A stretch of DNA of 64,000 nucleotides from a virus (lineage: Duplodnaviria > Caudoviricetes): the IMG/VR virus record IMGVR_UViG_3300033076_001247, positions 1 through 64,000 of that record; one strand, given 5' to 3'. The translations under genes were made by a program, and so were the position numbers. Within the stretch, counting starts at the first letter, position 1. Each line of letters begins with the position of its first letter. Below are positions 18,034 through 26,489 of the stretch, in pieces. The notes below the pieces were generated by a model. It worked only from the letters and a program-made list of their open reading frames with translations, ran no database searches and had not been told where the DNA came from.

Positions 18034-18081
18034 CCTTTGAGACGGTAGCGCAAGGGACTTTGAGAGCGCAAGGAGAATCGG

Positions 18082-18387
18082 ATGCTCGGAGACGAACACA
18101 AGGCGACGGTCGACGGCTACGCCCGCTCGGTGCTCGAGGCATGGGCGAGCGACGGTCGGCCGATGGCGGAGTTCGCCGAGAGGGCAGGGCTGACGCCGCA
18201 GGCGGTCTCCCAGATACGGCTCGGCCAGTGGGGCGTCGGCATGAAGGGGCTGCGCGGCTTCTCGCACGCGCTTGGCGTCACGCTGTCGGACTTTGAGGAG
18301 CGCGCCCTCGCCTGGCACGCAGCGGGTCGGCCGCCGCTCGGGCCGGAGGCGCTGGCGGGTGTCAGCGTGCAGGGAGGTGGGAAGTGA
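18082..18387 (+). CDS. XRE-family HTH regulator (Cro/CI-like)
   Basis: AEFAERAGLTPQAVSQIRLG...ALGVT. Confidence 0.8.
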   Translation: MLGDEHKATVDGYARSVLEAWASDGRPMAEFAERAGLTPQAVSQIRLGQWGVGMKGLRGFSHALGVTLSDFEERALAWHAAGRPPLGPEALAGVSVQGGGK

Positions 18388-19148
18388 AGGTCGGCTTCGT
18401 CGCCTGCTCGTCGAGCAAGCTGACCCGCGCCGCCCCGGCGTGGCAACTCTACACCTCGCCGTTGTTCCGGCTGTCAGTTGCATACCTGACGCAGAAGGTC
18501 GGCGTCGACCGCTGGTACGTCCTGTCCGCGAAGCACGGGCTCGTCGCGCCGGAGACGGTCATCGAGCCGTACGACGAGACGCTGACGAAGCTCGGTAAGG
18601 CCGAGCGCGCGGCGTGGGGCGAGCGTGTCGCCGAGCAGATCTACGCCGAATGGCGGAAGTGCGGCACCGACTGGCGCATGCAGGTGCTCGCCGGCAATAG
18701 CTACTGCCAGCCGCTTCGCGCGGCGTTGAGCGCCAAGGTCAATCCGTTCAAGGTCATGCGCCACCTCGGCTTCGACGAGCCGCTCGACGGGAAGGCCATC
18801 GGCGAGCGGTTGCAGTGGCTGTCGAGCGAGCTCGGGCGCGACGACAATGCCGCGCGCAAGTCGGGCGACCTCGACGAGCTGATGCGGCAAGTCCACTGGC
18901 ATTACCCGTGGGGAACGGCGCGGGGGCAGTACGCGGTCGTCGACGGGGTGCCGGTGACGGTCTCGAAGCGAGGCTTGGAGTGGGCCGTCGAGGTCAAACG
19001 ACTGACCGGCGCCCCGATGATGGCGACGGCCGCGACGGGCAAGGACGCGAAGGCTGCGGCGATTCATGCGGTTCGCGCTGGCGCGTGGCTGGTAACGGGC
19101 TATCGGACGACCTGGCACGAGCCGGCGGTCGAGGGAGGCGACGAATGA
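18384..19148 (+). CDS. DUF6884-like protein
   Basis: VACSSSK...A..LYTSPLF...WYVLSAKHGL......PYD.TL. Confidence 0.75.
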   Translation: MKVGFVACSSSKLTRAAPAWQLYTSPLFRLSVAYLTQKVGVDRWYVLSAKHGLVAPETVIEPYDETLTKLGKAERAAWGERVAEQIYAEWRKCGTDWRMQVLAGNSYCQPLRAALSAKVNPFKVMRHLGFDEPLDGKAIGERLQWLSSELGRDDNAARKSGDLDELMRQVHWHYPWGTARGQYAVVDGVPVTVSKRGLEWAVEVKRLTGAPMMATAATGKDAKAAAIHAVRAGAWLVTGYRTTWHEPAVEGGDE

Positions 19149-19333
19149 CGAGCGAGACGACGCGCATGACGGAGGCGGAGCTGTCGGCCGAGGTCGACCG
19201 GCTGCGGGCGGAGGTCGCGCGGCTCGAAGCGCGGCTGGCGAACTCCGTCCCGAAGGCGGACCTGACCCGCGAGCAGCGCATCGAGGTCGCCATCCGGCAG
19301 CGCCTCGCCGACGCGCCGGTGGTGAAGTCGTGA
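19145..19333 (+). CDS. Small coiled-coil protein
   Basis: ATGA-coupled. Confidence 0.55.
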   Translation: MTSETTRMTEAELSAEVDRLRAEVARLEARLANSVPKADLTREQRIEVAIRQRLADAPVVKS

Positions 19334-19641
19334 AACCCATCACCTGGACCTTCCCGCACGGCCACGTTCGCGACGGGCGGATATCTCGGTTCGCCGGCAC
19401 GGCGTACGACGGGCGCATCGAGATCGAGATGGTCGGCTCGGCGCCTGACGGGTGGTGCGCGCTGCTGTACCGGCGCGGGTCGCCGCTGCCGGCGGTCACG
19501 CTGTCGATGTCGGGACCGTCGGTGGTGCCGCTGCAGAACGCGATGCAGGTCGTCGTCGAGCGACTGATGCGGGCCGAAGGCGCGGACGGCGTCATCGAGG
19601 ACGCGGACAACGAGAGGCTGGCGGCTCGGGGGATGCTGTGA
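19330..19641 (+). CDS. Hypothetical protein
   Basis: GTGA-coupled at both ends. Confidence 0.55.
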   Translation: MKPITWTFPHGHVRDGRISRFAGTAYDGRIEIEMVGSAPDGWCALLYRRGSPLPAVTLSMSGPSVVPLQNAMQVVVERLMRAEGADGVIEDADNERLAARGML

Positions 19642-20309
19642 CCGAGCGTAAGCTCCGCATCGGGTCGCTGTTTGCCGGCGTCGGTGGGTTCGACCTCGGC
19701 TTTGAGCGAGCGGGTTTTGAGACGGCATGGGCCGTCGAGATTGACGAGAAGGCGCAGGCCGTCCTACGGCTGCGGTTCCCGAGGGCCGAATTGCACGACG
19801 ACGTGACGAAGATCGGAGCGCACAACCTCGGGCCGGTCGACGTGATCACCTACGGTTTTCCATGCCAGGACCTCTCGGTCGCCGGCAAGCGCGCGGGCCT
19901 CGACGGCCAGCGCAGCGGACTTTTCCATGAAGCAGTTAGAGTTATTCGCGAGCTTCGGGCGCGCGACGGCAAGCCAGATATCGCCATCGCCGAGAACGTC
20001 CCCGGACTTTTCAGCAGCAACGCTGGCCGAGACTTTGCTGTCGTCCTCCAAACGCTGGTCGACGTCGGGGCGCGTGACGTCGCGTGGCGAGTGCTGGACA
20101 GCCAGCACCACGGAGTCGCTCAACGCCGCCGTCGCGTGTTCATTGTCAGCGATTTTGGAGGCGAACGCGCCGCAGAAATACTTTCTCTCGCCGAGGGCGT
20201 GCGCGGGGATTCTGCGCCGCGCCGCAAAACGAGGAAAGGCGCTCCCGCCGCTGCTGGAGCAGGCGCTCCGAGCAGTCTGCGAATCGACGGAACAGGGGGG
20301 GGGGATTAG
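19638..20309 (+). CDS. C5-cytosine DNA methyltransferase, alpha part (motifs I-VIII)
   Basis: SLFAGVGG, GFPCQDLS, ENVPG, QRRRRVF; stop codon right after the G10 tract. Confidence 0.9.
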   Translation: MTERKLRIGSLFAGVGGFDLGFERAGFETAWAVEIDEKAQAVLRLRFPRAELHDDVTKIGAHNLGPVDVITYGFPCQDLSVAGKRAGLDGQRSGLFHEAVRVIRELRARDGKPDIAIAENVPGLFSSNAGRDFAVVLQTLVDVGARDVAWRVLDSQHHGVAQRRRRVFIVSDFGGERAAEILSLAEGVRGDSAPRRKTRKGAPAAAGAGAPSSLRIDGTGGGD

Positions 20310-21024
20310 CGGCGCCGTGAGTTGCAAGTGGGCCAAAGGGACCGGCGGGCCTGCGGGCGACGAGTATCAGAACCTCGTCGCGACCGAGACGGTCGGCACC
20401 TTGTGCAGCGACACGCACCCTGGTGCGTACTCGGGTCAGGACGCCTACACGGGGCGGCTGGTGCCGATGAAGGCGAAGGACGAGACGGTCGCCTGTTACG
20501 ACTACCTCGGATCGCATGGTGGTGGCGTCGAGGTGGGCATTAGCCCGACGTTGAAACGGAAGGACGGCGTTGCGGTGACTGTCCCGGTTGCCTTCCGTAT
20601 CTACCCCGGCCAGCCGACAGAAGGACGTGCCGCTGAGTTGCATGCATGCGAGACGGACATAGCAAACGCCGTGACCGTGACCGAGCACGCGCGCTCAACC
20701 GACAGAGGAACGAGAGTCGTTTGCGCGACGGGCGACATCACCCACACTCTCGACGGCGCTCACGGTGCAACCGAAGACGGCACAGGCAGAGGCACGCCGA
20801 TTGTGCCAACCCCGCGCATGGCGGTGCGAAGGCTGATTCCCAGAGAGTGCTCAAAACTGCAGGGATTTTCTCCTGACTGGAACGCTGAGGGCGTCGACAA
20901 GGCGGGCAAGCGCATCGTCATGGCCGACTCGTCGCGGTACAAGCAGATGGGTAACGCAGTCACCGTCAACGTCGCGCAGGCCGTCGCGGAGCGCGTAGCG
21001 ATGGTGCTGGGAAGGCAGTCGTGA
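19927..21024 (+). CDS. C5 methyltransferase beta part in the +1 frame (overlap domain, variable region, motifs IX-X)
   Basis: MKQLELF...SLSAILE...KYFLSPRACAGILRRA...RRLIPRECSKLQGF...RYKQMGNAV. Confidence 0.85.
   Translation: MKQLELFASFGRATASQISPSPRTSPDFSAATLAETLLSSSKRWSTSGRVTSRGECWTASTTESLNAAVACSLSAILEANAPQKYFLSPRACAGILRRAAKRGKALPPLLEQALRAVCESTEQGGGISGAVSCKWAKGTGGPAGDEYQNLVATETVGTLCSDTHPGAYSGQDAYTGRLVPMKAKDETVACYDYLGSHGGGVEVGISPTLKRKDGVAVTVPVAFRIYPGQPTEGRAAELHACETDIANAVTVTEHARSTDRGTRVVCATGDITHTLDGAHGATEDGTGRGTPIVPTPRMAVRRLIPRECSKLQGFSPDWNAEGVDKAGKRIVMADSSRYKQMGNAVTVNVAQAVAERVAMVLGRQS
20295..20304 (+). repeat. G10 homopolymer at the alpha/beta frame junction
   Basis: ACA GGGGGGGGGG ATTAG. 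Confidence 0.85.
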
Positions 21025-21191
21025 CCCCCGTCTTCCGCCGCCGGCCTGCTCCGGCGCTGCCGACGACCGGGCATCGGTGGGAGCTCGACGCGCGGACGGG
21101 CGGCAATCGGTGCGTGCGGTGCGGCGAGACGTGGTGGAACGGTCCCATGCGGGACTGCACGAAGGCCGAAAAGGCCGAGGGGGAGCGATGA
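21021..21191 (+). CDS. Small Zn-finger protein
   Basis: HRW...CVRCG...C; below the ORF-track length cut-off. Confidence 0.5.
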   Translation: MTPVFRRRPAPALPTTGHRWELDARTGGNRCVRCGETWWNGPMRDCTKAEKAEGER

Positions 21192-21544
21192 CGAAGCCGG
21201 TGAAGCTGTACCGAGTGATGGAGCCCGACCCGTTCGAGCCCAAGGCGTGGCTGGCGACGGTCGAGGCCGAGAAGTCCGAGCGGCAGTACCGGCTGAACCT
21301 GCCGACCGACGACTCGCACGAGTCGGTCCGCATCCGACAGGTCTTCGGGTCGAACAAGACGATGCACCACCAGACGGCCGACCTGCTCCGCATCGCCGAG
21401 ACGCCGAAGTACGCGATGGCGCTCGCGTACCAGTGGCTCGAAGACAAGGAGCGCGAGCTGACCGAGGCGCTCAAGGCCATTCCCGTCTGGCGGGCGCAGT
21501 TCGCGGAGGTCGCGGCGCAGGTCGCGAAGGAGGGCGGGCGATGA
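21188..21544 (+). CDS. Hypothetical protein
   Basis: ATGA-coupled. Confidence 0.6.
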   Translation: MTKPVKLYRVMEPDPFEPKAWLATVEAEKSERQYRLNLPTDDSHESVRIRQVFGSNKTMHHQTADLLRIAETPKYAMALAYQWLEDKERELTEALKAIPVWRAQFAEVAAQVAKEGGR

Positions 21545-21891
21545 CCCGCCTCACGCGAGCGGAGCTGGTCGACCTCGTGCGGCGGCTAGTCGAGTCGCTG
21601 GGCGACGGCGGCCTGTCGCGGACCCTGTGCATCGAGGCCGAGCGGGCGCTGAAGGCGGAGGAGGCGGACGGCGGCTTTCGCTCGCGGGGCTCGTCGCTCT
21701 ACCAGGCGAAAGAGGACCGGCTCCTGACCGTCGAGCCGGAGATCGTCGGCCCTCGTTGGCAGTGGGCGGTGAACGGGTTCATTCCGGGGCTGTCGACGAT
21801 GCAGTGGCTTGCCGAAGGCTACGCCTCGACCGAGGCCGAGGCACAACAGGCGGCGCTCACCGCCGCGAAGGATCTCGCCGATGGCGAATGA
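21541..21891 (+). CDS. Hypothetical protein
   Basis: ATGA-coupled. Confidence 0.6.
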   Translation: MTRLTRAELVDLVRRLVESLGDGGLSRTLCIEAERALKAEEADGGFRSRGSSLYQAKEDRLLTVEPEIVGPRWQWAVNGFIPGLSTMQWLAEGYASTEAEAQQAALTAAKDLADGE

Positions 21892-22255
21892 GAACCACGA
21901 CCCCTGGGCGCTGCTGCGCGAGGCGCGGGAGGACGTTGACGCGATGGGCAACGGCGACCTGTGCCGAGCCATCGACCGCGCACTTGCTATTCACGACGCC
22001 GCGCTCGCGGAGGCGCAGGACTCCGCAAAGGATGTTGTGGAGTCTGTCGAGATGCGATGGGATTGGCATGAGGTGAACAGCCCAAATCGTCTTGCGGCGC
22101 TGTTGATGGACGGAACTCGCGTTGAGTGCCACAGGGCCAACTACAACGGTGTGATGGGCTGGTCGTGGAACGCGATGATCCAGCCCGTGGGGTTCGCCCT
22201 CACACTCGAAGAGGCCAAGTCCGCCGCCATCGCGGCGGCGAGGGGGATGCGATGA
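21881..22255 (+). CDS. Hypothetical protein
   Basis: N-terminus similar to that of 26982..27503. Confidence 0.55.
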   Translation: MANENHDPWALLREAREDVDAMGNGDLCRAIDRALAIHDAALAEAQDSAKDVVESVEMRWDWHEVNSPNRLAALLMDGTRVECHRANYNGVMGWSWNAMIQPVGFALTLEEAKSAAIAAARGMR

Positions 22256-22578
22256 AACGAGACTGGATGGCAATCGAAGAAGCACGTGAGGCCGGCGAAC
22301 AGCCCGACTACGAAGAGGCCGACGTGGCACCCGAGAACACGTTTGCGTGGGTGCTGACGCAACTCATGCGAAAGCAGGGGCGTTCGCTACGCTTCCTGCG
22401 TGCCGGGTGGAATGGCAAGGGAATGCACGTCGGACTGTGGAATCCGATGGAGGACGAGCATCTCTCCGAGCCGTACCTGTTTCTGTTCACGGTCGGCGGC
22501 ACTTACGTCCCGTGGGTTCCGAGTCAGACCGATATGCTCGCGACGGATTGGATGGAGCGTGGCGAGGTGCAGCCGTGA
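22252..22578 (+). CDS. tad2: DUF2829/Tad2-family anti-Thoeris sponge-like protein
   Basis: RAGWNGKGMHV...YL......VPWVPSQTDMLATDW. Confidence 0.75.
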   Translation: MKRDWMAIEEAREAGEQPDYEEADVAPENTFAWVLTQLMRKQGRSLRFLRAGWNGKGMHVGLWNPMEDEHLSEPYLFLFTVGGTYVPWVPSQTDMLATDWMERGEVQP

Positions 22579-23435
22579 CCCGCGAACAGCTCGACGCCAT
22601 CCGCGCTCGCGTGGAGGCCTCTACGACATGCGGCCTCTCGACACAGATCGAGATCGACCGCGACGGCACGACGCGCTGGGTGAACGTCGGCCCGTACCCG
22701 TGCGCGACTCACGAGGACGCCGCACAGGTTCGCGACCTTGTGACGTTCGTTCATCAGTCCCCGACCGACCTTCGCGCCCTGCTCGCGGAGGTCGAGCGGC
22801 TGCGTGACGCACACGCGATGGCCGTGCAGGTCTCCGGCGAAATGTGCGAGAAGTGCGGATGGGCAATGAAGTTCCCCAGCGAGAAGTGCCGGTGCGAACT
22901 GCTCACGGAGGTCGAACGGCTGACCGTCGAGCGTGACTTGGCCCGGCTGAACCGCGACCTCGAAGCGAAGGCGTTCCGAGAGGAGTGCACGTTGCACGGC
23001 ACGACGCGGTCCCGCGTGCAGGACGCAATCTCCGTTCTGTGGCACCGGGGGCGCATCGAACTGCGGCTGGACGACGCGACGACGACGACCGCGCTCGCGG
23101 ACGCGCTGGTAGGGGTGTTCAACGAGGTCGAGCGGCTGACCGCCGAGGTCGAGGCCAAGACCAAGCAGAACGTCGCGCTCATCGGGCAGAACGGGCGGCT
23201 GCAACAGGAGGTCGAGCGGCTGACTGCCGACCCGCTGCCCGCTGCCGCGTGGGTTCGCGAGGTGGAGCGCGCCGCCTTCAAGCGCGGCGTGGCCGCGATG
23301 CGGGAGGCAGCGAGAATGAGCTTCGTGTCCGAGGCCGAGAAATGGCGGAGCGAAGGCGATGTAGAGATGGAAATCCGTTACTTGCGCCTTGCTGGCGACA
23401 TCCGCTCCCTCCCCGATCCCGAGGACAAGCCGTGA
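22575..23435 (+). CDS. Ead/Ea22-like modular protein
   Basis: TREQLDAIRAR...DLRALLAEVERLR with repeated EVERLT segments. Confidence 0.6.
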   Translation: MTREQLDAIRARVEASTTCGLSTQIEIDRDGTTRWVNVGPYPCATHEDAAQVRDLVTFVHQSPTDLRALLAEVERLRDAHAMAVQVSGEMCEKCGWAMKFPSEKCRCELLTEVERLTVERDLARLNRDLEAKAFREECTLHGTTRSRVQDAISVLWHRGRIELRLDDATTTTALADALVGVFNEVERLTAEVEAKTKQNVALIGQNGRLQQEVERLTADPLPAAAWVREVERAAFKRGVAAMREAARMSFVSEAEKWRSEGDVEMEIRYLRLAGDIRSLPDPEDKP

Positions 23436-23680
23436 CCGACGCCTTTGCCATCGCTCTCGCCATCATCGCTGGCCTCTCCCTGCTGCCTCTCGCATGGGAT
23501 ATCGCACGAACGGCGCTCGCTTATCTGCCACGCCGACGAGAGCCGATCATCACGGTCAAGTGCAGCTGCGGGTCTCGGTTCGTCTTCCGATTCACGCGAA
23601 CGGGCGAGGAAGCCGCTGGCAACGACTTTATGCAGCGTCACCTCGCCATCCACCGATCCATCTGCCCGGACGTTCAATGA
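23432..23680 (+). CDS. Membrane-anchored small protein with CSC..H..C
   Basis: N-terminal hydrophobic helix. Confidence 0.5.
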   Translation: MTDAFAIALAIIAGLSLLPLAWDIARTALAYLPRRREPIITVKCSCGSRFVFRFTRTGEEAAGNDFMQRHLAIHRSICPDVQ

Positions 23681-24114
23681 CCCTCCCGACCCGCTACACC
23701 ATCAACGGCGTGCCGTGGGGCGACTGCGCGTGCTGCGACATGGCGAAGTGCGTCTGGCACACCGAGCACCCGGACCGCGACCCGCCGTCGCGACCGACGA
23801 CCGCCGCGCTCGTCGAGAAGATTGAGCGGCTGTACGTTCGCACGCTCGAGGAGCGGGTGCGGGAACTGCATGAGACGTGCGTCGGGCTCGTCCAAGCGAA
23901 CAACCGTCAACAGGACCAGGCGTATCGACTGCAGGGCGCGCTCGACGCGGTGCTGCCTATCGACCCAGCAGTCTACGCGCCGGGCTCTGCTTTCATTCAA
24001 GCCTACCGAAAGGGCGCAGACGATATGCGGTGGCAGATTCTCCGGCGCGTGTCCTGGGGCTCGGACCTTGCCGACCGCATTCGCAACGAGCCGGTGCCGG
24101 AGTACGAGCCGTGA
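23677..24114 (+). CDS. Hypothetical protein
   Basis: ATGA-coupled. Confidence 0.55.
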   Translation: MTLPTRYTINGVPWGDCACCDMAKCVWHTEHPDRDPPSRPTTAALVEKIERLYVRTLEERVRELHETCVGLVQANNRQQDQAYRLQGALDAVLPIDPAVYAPGSAFIQAYRKGADDMRWQILRRVSWGSDLADRIRNEPVPEYEP

Positions 24115-24347
24115 ACCTTCTCGACGAGATGGAGCTGACGCACGCCGACTGCGCGCTGCTGCTGGAGCGGCTCGAAGGCGTCCACGGGAACAAGGGGGCA
24201 CGCCTGCGCGAGAAGCTGTCCTTCATTCGAGACCATACGGTCGACGTGCTCGACACCGAGGCGAAGGTCTGGGCGGCGTACGCCGACCGCGAACTGACTG
24301 AGGACGGGGCGCGAGCGAAGATCGCCGCGCTGAAGGACAGCCGATGA
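24111..24347 (+). CDS. Hypothetical protein
   Basis: GTGA-coupled. Confidence 0.55.
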   Translation: MNLLDEMELTHADCALLLERLEGVHGNKGARLREKLSFIRDHTVDVLDTEAKVWAAYADRELTEDGARAKIAALKDSR

Positions 24348-24556
24348 CGACTCTGCATTCCCTGCTCGCCGAGTGCGAACGCTGGCTCGGCGTCGAGCCG
24401 CTGGGCAACGACCAATGGCTCGAGGTGGCCGAGCTGCGCGAGCGGGTGCGGCGGCTGATCACGCCGCCGGCCTGCGAGAAGGAGCCGCTGGCGACGAGCG
24501 CAGCCTCGTTCCTGTCCGACGTCGCCGCGAGGCGCCACGCGGACGGCATCGAGTGA
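24344..24556 (+). CDS. Hypothetical protein
   Basis: ATGA-coupled. Confidence 0.55.
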   Translation: MTTLHSLLAECERWLGVEPLGNDQWLEVAELRERVRRLITPPACEKEPLATSAASFLSDVAARRHADGIE

Positions 24557-25044
24557 GCATCGAGCGAGAGACGCGACTCGACGGTCGCACGAAGGCGGCG
24601 CGAGAACAGGAGCGGCAGCGCGCCCCGAAGCGCGCTCGCGGGACCGGCAAGCAGACCTGGACCGTCTGCCGGAAGGTGGGCTGCGACCGCAAGCTGCGCT
24701 CGGACAACCGCTCGGGCTTTTGCCGGTCGCATCACCAGTCGGGAGGCCAATGCCGAAGGTGCCTCGGGCCGTGCCAGCGAGGGCACCCGTTCTGCCAGCG
24801 ATGCCGGGTGAAAAACGACAAAGAGAGGGCCGAGCGGGTCGCGCCCTGCACGGCAGTGGGTTGCACGGTCGTCGTTCACGGGAAGACGGGGTTGTGCCAC
24901 GAGCACTACCTGACCGGAGGTGGGATCTGCCGGTTCGCAGGCTGCTCGACGCGCATCGTCTTCGACAGCAAGACCGGCCTCTGCCGGCGGCACGGACACT
25001 ACGCTCGGACGGAGCGGCGACGAGCCGCGAGGGAGAAGCGATGA
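24553..25044 (+). CDS. Tandem C-x4-C-x10/12-C-x2-H zinc-finger protein
   Basis: Three CCCH-type repeats plus one Cys4 unit. Confidence 0.65.
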   Translation: MSIERETRLDGRTKAAREQERQRAPKRARGTGKQTWTVCRKVGCDRKLRSDNRSGFCRSHHQSGGQCRRCLGPCQRGHPFCQRCRVKNDKERAERVAPCTAVGCTVVVHGKTGLCHEHYLTGGGICRFAGCSTRIVFDSKTGLCRRHGHYARTERRRAAREKR

Positions 25045-25214
25045 CGGAGACGAGAGACGCAGAGGTCGAGCTGTCGTGGTTGCGCCACCGGCTCGGCGAG
25101 GTGCTCGAGGTAGACGCTGGGGCTGACGTGGTCGCCGAGGTGAGGCGGGTCGTGCGCGAGCGCGACGATGCCTTGTCGCGGTTGGCTGCGGCGCAGGCGA
25201 GGGGCGAGCGATGA
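25041..25214 (+). CDS. Hypothetical protein
   Basis: ATGA-coupled. Confidence 0.5.
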   Translation: MTETRDAEVELSWLRHRLGEVLEVDAGADVVAEVRRVVRERDDALSRLAAAQARGER

Positions 25215-25459
25215 AGACGTGGTGGAGCGGACTGTCAGACGAGGTGCGGCACATCCTGCTGTTGGTTCCCGTGATTGCGCTGGTGTTCGCGCTGCTCGCG
25301 TGGCTCGACTCTAGCGGCGGCAGCCTCCGCCAGTACGAGGTGACGCTCGGCGACGGGACGAAGGCAACCTGCGTCGTCGTCCAGGGCGTTCGCTCGGCCG
25401 GCGTGACCTGCATTCCGCACGTCGTCAACGGGCCCGACGCCGACGAGGACGCGCCGTGA
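25211..25459 (+). CDS. Small membrane protein
   Basis: One transmembrane helix then TCVVV...VTC. Confidence 0.6.
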   Translation: MKTWWSGLSDEVRHILLLVPVIALVFALLAWLDSSGGSLRQYEVTLGDGTKATCVVVQGVRSAGVTCIPHVVNGPDADEDAP

Positions 25460-25965
25460 GCGACACCGAGGCGAGCCTGCGCTCCCTGCTCGCTCGGGCG
25501 CATCACGCACTGCTCGAGGGCTACTGCGGCGGCGAGTGGAGCTGGTACGTCCCCGACGAGGTGACGCTCGCGGCGGCGAAGGAGCAGTCGCAGGCGCTCG
25601 AGCTGGTCGCCGAGATGCGACGGGTGCTCGGATGGGAGACGCCCGAGGGCGACGACCAAGACCTCTCCCGCCTCGTCAAGAAGACCATCGACGCGCCGCA
25701 GGTCGCGCACGCCGACCTGTACTCGATGCTCGTCGGGCAGGTCCGGTACTCGCTCGGGCGAAGCAGTTACATCGTCGGCGACGCCTGTAGCCAGGTGCGC
25801 CGGTACTGGCGACATCTGCGCGAGGGCGAGCGGGCTGTCATCGAGCGCGACGTCGCCGAGGAACTCGCCCGGTACGAGCGGATGGGTAGCACCTGCGGCG
25901 ACCCGTGCGACCAGTCAGAGTGGGAGCGCCTCGTCGCGTGGATGGCCGAAAACAAGGCCATCTGA
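25456..25965 (+). CDS. Hypothetical protein
   Basis: AVRY.LGR.SY-like motif; GTGA-coupled. Confidence 0.6.
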   Translation: MSDTEASLRSLLARAHHALLEGYCGGEWSWYVPDEVTLAAAKEQSQALELVAEMRRVLGWETPEGDDQDLSRLVKKTIDAPQVAHADLYSMLVGQVRYSLGRSSYIVGDACSQVRRYWRHLREGERAVIERDVAEELARYERMGSTCGDPCDQSEWERLVAWMAENKAI

Positions 25966-25974
25966 CACCCTGTC

Positions 25975-26052
25975 TTTTTTTCTTGCGCGGCGCATAGGGT
26001 CGTGGCAAAACGTCTCTCACCGGCGCAACGACGCGACGGAACGGAGACGAAG
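25975..26052 (+). promoter_or_regulatory. Promoter-hairpin cassette P1
   Basis: T-tract, TTGCGC-17-CAAAAC, hairpin 26020-26039, ACGGAGA SD. Confidence 0.7.
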
Positions 26053-26244
26053 ATGACCTCGACCCTGCTGACCGCGACCCGCCCCTCAACCGGCAAGACC
26101 AGCTACCACCGCGACGGCACCGTGACCTACTGGTCGGTCTACTCGCAGACGTGGCAGCGCACCTCGGCCGTCAGCGACTGCGAGTTGGCCGCGATGGGCC
26201 ACGACGAGCGCGAGCGCGTCCTGCGTCACACGGGCCGCGCCTAG
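26053..26244 (+). CDS. Early small protein
   Basis: Between P1 and a terminator. Confidence 0.65.
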   Translation: MTSTLLTATRPSTGKTSYHRDGTVTYWSVYSQTWQRTSAVSDCELAAMGHDERERVLRHTGRA

Positions 26245-26260
26245 CAGTCGCCGCCACCTC

Positions 26261-26284
26261 GGGCGCCCTTCGGGGCGCCCTTTT
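26261..26284 (+). terminator. Rho-independent terminator
   Basis: GGGCGCCC-TTCG-GGGCGCCC-TTTT. Confidence 0.85.
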
Positions 26285-26297
26285 CGTTGGAGTGCGG

Positions 26298-26489
26298 ATG
26301 CCGCCCGTCTCTCCGGTCCGCCCGGTGTCGCCCGACGCTGGCGACCGACGACCGACCGACGACCGACCGAGGCGCGAGGATCGCGCCGACTTCGCCTCGG
26401 CGCTCGCGCAGGCCGTCGCCGAGGAGAGCGAGGAATGGGTCGCCCTGCTCGACCCGCGCCCATCGGCGAGCGTCGCGGGATGCGCGTAG
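26298..26489 (+). CDS. Hypothetical protein
   Basis: SD GGAG; low complexity. Confidence 0.4.
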   Translation: MPPVSPVRPVSPDAGDRRPTDDRPRREDRADFASALAQAVAEESEEWVALLDPRPSASVAGCA

